IMG/VR virus record: IMGVR_UViG_3300018469_000001
Span: 1 to 64,000 of that record
DNA: 64,000 bases
Source of the DNA: a virus
Strand: one strand, 5' to 3'
Shown: positions 62,888 to 64,000 of the stretch, piece by piece
Numbering within the stretch: the stretch's first letter is position 1
How the letters are laid out: every line of letters starts with the position of its first letter
Notes under the pieces: generated by a model
What the model saw: only the letters and a program-made list of their open reading frames with translations
Databases searched by the model: none
What the model was told of the DNA's origin: nothing
Position numbers and translations under genes: made by a program

Positions 62888-64000
62888 CCGGCTCCGCCAC
62901 CTGCGCGAGCTGGCCCGCCGCCGCGCCGAGGCCACCCGCGTCCGCAACGCGAAACGGTGGGACACCCCCGGTGCCATGGCCGCCGAGCTTGACCCCGACA
63001 CCGTCGAAACGCCGGCGCTGGAGCTGATCGACCGCGCCCTGGTCGACGTCGCCGAGGGCCGCTGCAAGCGGCTCATCATCAGCGTCCCGCCGCAGGAAGG
63101 CAAGAGCCAGCGCGTCTCGCGGCGCTTCCCGCTGTGGCTGCTGACCCGCCGGCCGTCCGCCCGGATCGTCATCGCCGGCTACGAGCGCGGCATCGCCCGA
63201 CGGTGGGGCCGCGCCATCAAGGCCGACATCGCCACCCACGGTGAGATGCTCGGCCTGTCCGTCCGCGACGACACCTCGGCGGCGCACGAATGGCAGCTCG
63301 CCGGCGAAGAGGGCGGGGTTTACTGCGTCGGCATCGGCGGCGCGCTGACCGGACGACCCGCCGACGTCATGGTGATCGACGACCCGCACAAGGGCCGCAA
63401 AGAGGCCGACTCGCTGGTCCAACGCGAAGCGGTGTGGGACTGGTGGACGGAGACCGCCCGCACCCGGTTCGGCCGCGACACCCCAATCGTCCTGATCCAG
63501 ACCCGATGGCATGAAGATGACCTCGCCGGGCGGCTGATCGCCCACGACCGCGACTCGTGGAAGGTCATCAACATCCCCGCCCAGGCCGACCACAAACCGG
63601 AGGCCGGCGAAACCGACCCGCTCGGACGTGAACCCGGCGAGTTCCTGGAGTCCACCCGCGGCCGGCACCTGACCCGGCCGCTCGGCAAATGCCCCAAGCA
63701 CCCGACCGGCATCGCCACAGCGGCCGGCGCGGTACGGGAGTGCTGCGACTGGGACGACCTCAAACACGACGTCGGCTCCCGCGGCTGGGAGGCCCTCTAC
63801 CAGGGCAACCCCACCCCCGGCATGGGTGTCATCTTCCAACGGGGCTGGTGGAAGGAATACGAGCAGCCACAATGGATCGTCCGGGGTGACGGCTCGCACT
63901 GGGCGGTCAGCTTCGACGAGATGATCATTTCGGTGGACTGCGCCTTCAAGGACACCGAGGGCTCCGACTACGTCGCGATGCAGGTGTGGGGGCGCCGCGG
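62799..64000 (+). CDS. terL: terminase large subunit (3-prime partial, runs off window)
   Basis: Frame open from the stop at 62790 to the window end (hence not in the ORF track). Walker A ISVPPQEGKS, Walker B DVMVIDDP, IQTRWHEDD. Start uncertain (GTG 62799 or ATG 62976). Confidence 0.85.
   Translation, partial: MPSKPKSPSSKRRKPTAGRGLSPLERIRLDRLRHLRELARRRAEATRVRNAKRWDTPGAMAAELDPDTVETPALELIDRALVDVAEGRCKRLIISVPPQEGKSQRVSRRFPLWLLTRRPSARIVIAGYERGIARRWGRAIKADIATHGEMLGLSVRDDTSAAHEWQLAGEEGGVYCVGIGGALTGRPADVMVIDDPHKGRKEADSLVQREAVWDWWTETARTRFGRDTPIVLIQTRWHEDDLAGRLIAHDRDSWKVINIPAQADHKPEAGETDPLGREPGEFLESTRGRHLTRPLGKCPKHPTGIATAAGAVRECCDWDDLKHDVGSRGWEALYQGNPTPGMGVIFQRGWWKEYEQPQWIVRGDGSHWAVSFDEMIISVDCAFKDTEGSDYVAMQVWGRR

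Overview
This is a very GC-rich 64-kb stretch with actinobacterial (Streptomyces/Micromonospora-like) codon bias. It reads as one temperate tailed-phage-like mobile element laid out in circular (non-integrated) gene order. The window opens inside tail-fibre/host-recognition genes (2-3711) and an amidase endolysin (4106-5173). It then runs through about 57 kb of early and accessory genes. It closes with a ParB-like gene, the small terminase (62441-62887) and the 5-prime part of the large terminase (62799 to the window end). Recognisable early functions are a Topo VI-A/Spo11-like protein, RecT plus a Cas4/RecB-like exonuclease, an HTH replication-initiator-like gene with internal 22-bp iterons, an SPPY DNA methyltransferase, a FEN-type 5-3 exonuclease and a VRR-NUC nuclease. 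The middle (28.4-45.3 kb) holds a block typical of actinomycete integrative/conjugative elements. It comprises a DUF2637-like membrane protein, Spd-like proteins, a TraB/FtsK-type dsDNA translocase, an NlpC/P60 hydrolase, a DUF4352-like protein, a processive GT2 synthase and a tyrosine integrase. Dense GG(A/T)CC repeat arrays in this block look like a clt / TraB-recognition locus. A conserved promoter-like motif, TTGYGG-N17/18-TA(A)CGT with a shared spacer, occurs at least six times. It heads terminator-bounded, mostly leftward cassettes of unknown function that are candidates for lysogeny-expressed or defence genes. I recognised no rRNA, tRNA, CRISPR array or transposase. Roughly half of the CDS have no recognisable function. 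All product calls come from motif recognition by eye on the supplied translations; nothing was verified by a database search. Many long ORFs in the track are GC-driven antisense artefacts and were not called.
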